This document shows, one piece after another, positions 62,413 to 64,000 of a DNA stretch of 64,000 bases. Location: positions 170,500,001 through 170,564,000 of the forward strand of contig OZ024743.1 of assembly GCA_964016885.1 (NCBI GenBank), read 5' to 3'. The DNA is from Eledone cirrhosa (taxonomy: Eukaryota). The number at the start of each line of letters is the position of its first letter. Positions within the stretch are counted from its first letter, which is position 1. Below the pieces are notes generated by a model. That model did not search any database and was not told the origin of the DNA. It was given only the letters and a program-made list of their open reading frames with translations. Both the position numbers and the translations under genes were made by a program.

Positions 62413-62761
62413 ATTATCATCATCATCATCATTTCATTTTACGTCTGCTTTTTCCCTGCTTGCAAGGGTGGGACGGGAACTGATTCTGGCTTGATTTCTA
62501 CAGCTGGATGCCCTTCCTAATACCAACCTCATTTACAGTGAGTGGTGGGTGCTTTTTTGCCGTGGCATCTCCACGACCACTTTGCAGTGGAATGATATGG
62601 ACCCCAGTCCCTATCATCTCATTTCTACAGCTGAGTAAACTGGAGCAATGTGAAATAAAGTGTCTTGCTCAAGGAAACAACACATCACCCGGTCTGAGAA
62701 TTGAACTCACAACATTTCGATTGCAAGGCCAATGCTGTAACCACTAAGCCATGTGCCTCTA

Positions 62762-62904
<143 letters not shown>

Positions 62905-63015
62905 AAAAAAGTGAAAACGAAATTTCATTTCTCAGTCTTAGTATGGCACTTACTTAAATGTAAGTATGTATGTATACGTACATACATATATGTATACAGA
63001 CGTACAGTACCACGC

Positions 63016-63050
<35 letters not shown>

Positions 63051-63314
63051 CATATATACACATATGCATACAGGTACACATACATATATGCACGCATCAG
63101 TTTAGCCGACGTTTATTATAACGCCGGCCGCTTTGTTCGTTTGTTTGTCAACAAAGCGAACAGCCTGAATTTATGCCATACGGTGTTAAGGCAACCACGT
63201 CACCTTTTTGTTCAACACTGACACTCACTCAATATGCAAATTAGGCTGCTCAGCCGTTAATTTTCATAAGGAAAGTATATACTTTCGAACGTTCAACTAT
63301 CTGGCAGATGGGTA

Positions 63315-63359
63315 AACGGTGCTGATGATAGCTAACAAGCTTGAAACTAGTACATCGTT
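63315..63359 (+). ncRNA. Minimal type-I hammerhead ribozyme (family H1), copy 1
   Basis: AACGGTG-CTGATGA-TAGCT.AACA.AGCTT-GAAA-CTAG-TA-CATCGTT. Stem I is 7 bp, stem II is 4 bp plus U.U, and ACTAGT is palindromic. Predicted cleavage is after GUA (63352). Confidence 0.85.
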
Positions 63360-63530
63360 CCTGTGTCAGTGTTAAACAAAAAGGTGACGTGGTTGCCTTA
63401 ACACCGTATGGCATAAATTCAGGCTGTTCGCTTTGTTGACAAACAAACGAACAAAGCCGCCGGCGTTATAATAAACGTCGGCTAAACTGATGCGTGCATA
63501 TATGTATGTGTACCTGTATGCATATGTGTA

Positions 63531-63577
<47 letters not shown>

Positions 63578-63810
63578 GCGTGCTACTGTACGTCTGTATA
63601 CATATATGTACGTATACATACATACTTACATTTAAGTAAGTGCCATACTAAGAGTGAGAAAAGAAATTTCGTTTTCATTTTTTTCAACTTATCGTTTTCG
63701 GTATGCCTGACCGATTTAACTCACTCAATATGCAAATTAGGCTGCTCAGCCATTAATTTTCATAAGGAAAGTATATACTTTCGAACGTTCAACTATCTGG
63801 CAGATGGGTA

Positions 63811-63855
63811 AACGGTGCTGATGATAGCTAACAAGCTTGAAACTAGTACATCGTT
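63811..63855 (+). ncRNA. Minimal type-I hammerhead ribozyme (family H1), copy 2
   Basis: Identical to 63315-63359 and 496 bp downstream. Predicted cleavage is after 63848. Confidence 0.85.
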
Positions 63856-64000
63856 CCTGTGTCAGTGTTGAACAAAAAGGTGACGTGGTTGCCTTAACAC
63901 CGTATGGCATAAATTCAGGCTGTTCGCTTTGTTGACAAACAAACGAACAAAGCGGCCGGCGTTATAATAAACGTCGGCTAAACTGATGCGTGCATATATG

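Overview
This is AT-rich, microsatellite-dense eukaryotic DNA, not prokaryotic. The repeat families suggest a cephalopod, probably Octopus (inference). The + strand carries four exons of a DLC1/STARD13/crossveinless-c-type RhoGAP gene: three small SAM-domain exons that the ORF track does not delimit and a 1.1-kb Ser-rich exon. The RhoGAP and START exons were not seen and presumably lie downstream. The introns are packed with retroelements: two intact and one disrupted near full-length RTE LINE, whose RT contains an inserted PHD finger; a deleted Gypsy element with an unusually long tRNA-Trp primer-binding site; Tx1/L1, RLE-type, CR1-like, ingi-like and Penelope fragments; tRNA-derived SINEs; and MITEs. 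The most striking unexplained structure is a set of several short non-coding repeat families carrying minimal type-I hammerhead ribozyme motifs. They are arranged as tandem or inverted copies next to (TA)n tracts. The clearest case is a 496-bp tandem unit at the right end with identical hammerheads, sense to the host pre-mRNA, resembling a Penelope-dependent retrozyme/circRNA. All ribozyme calls come from manual pairing and are untested.
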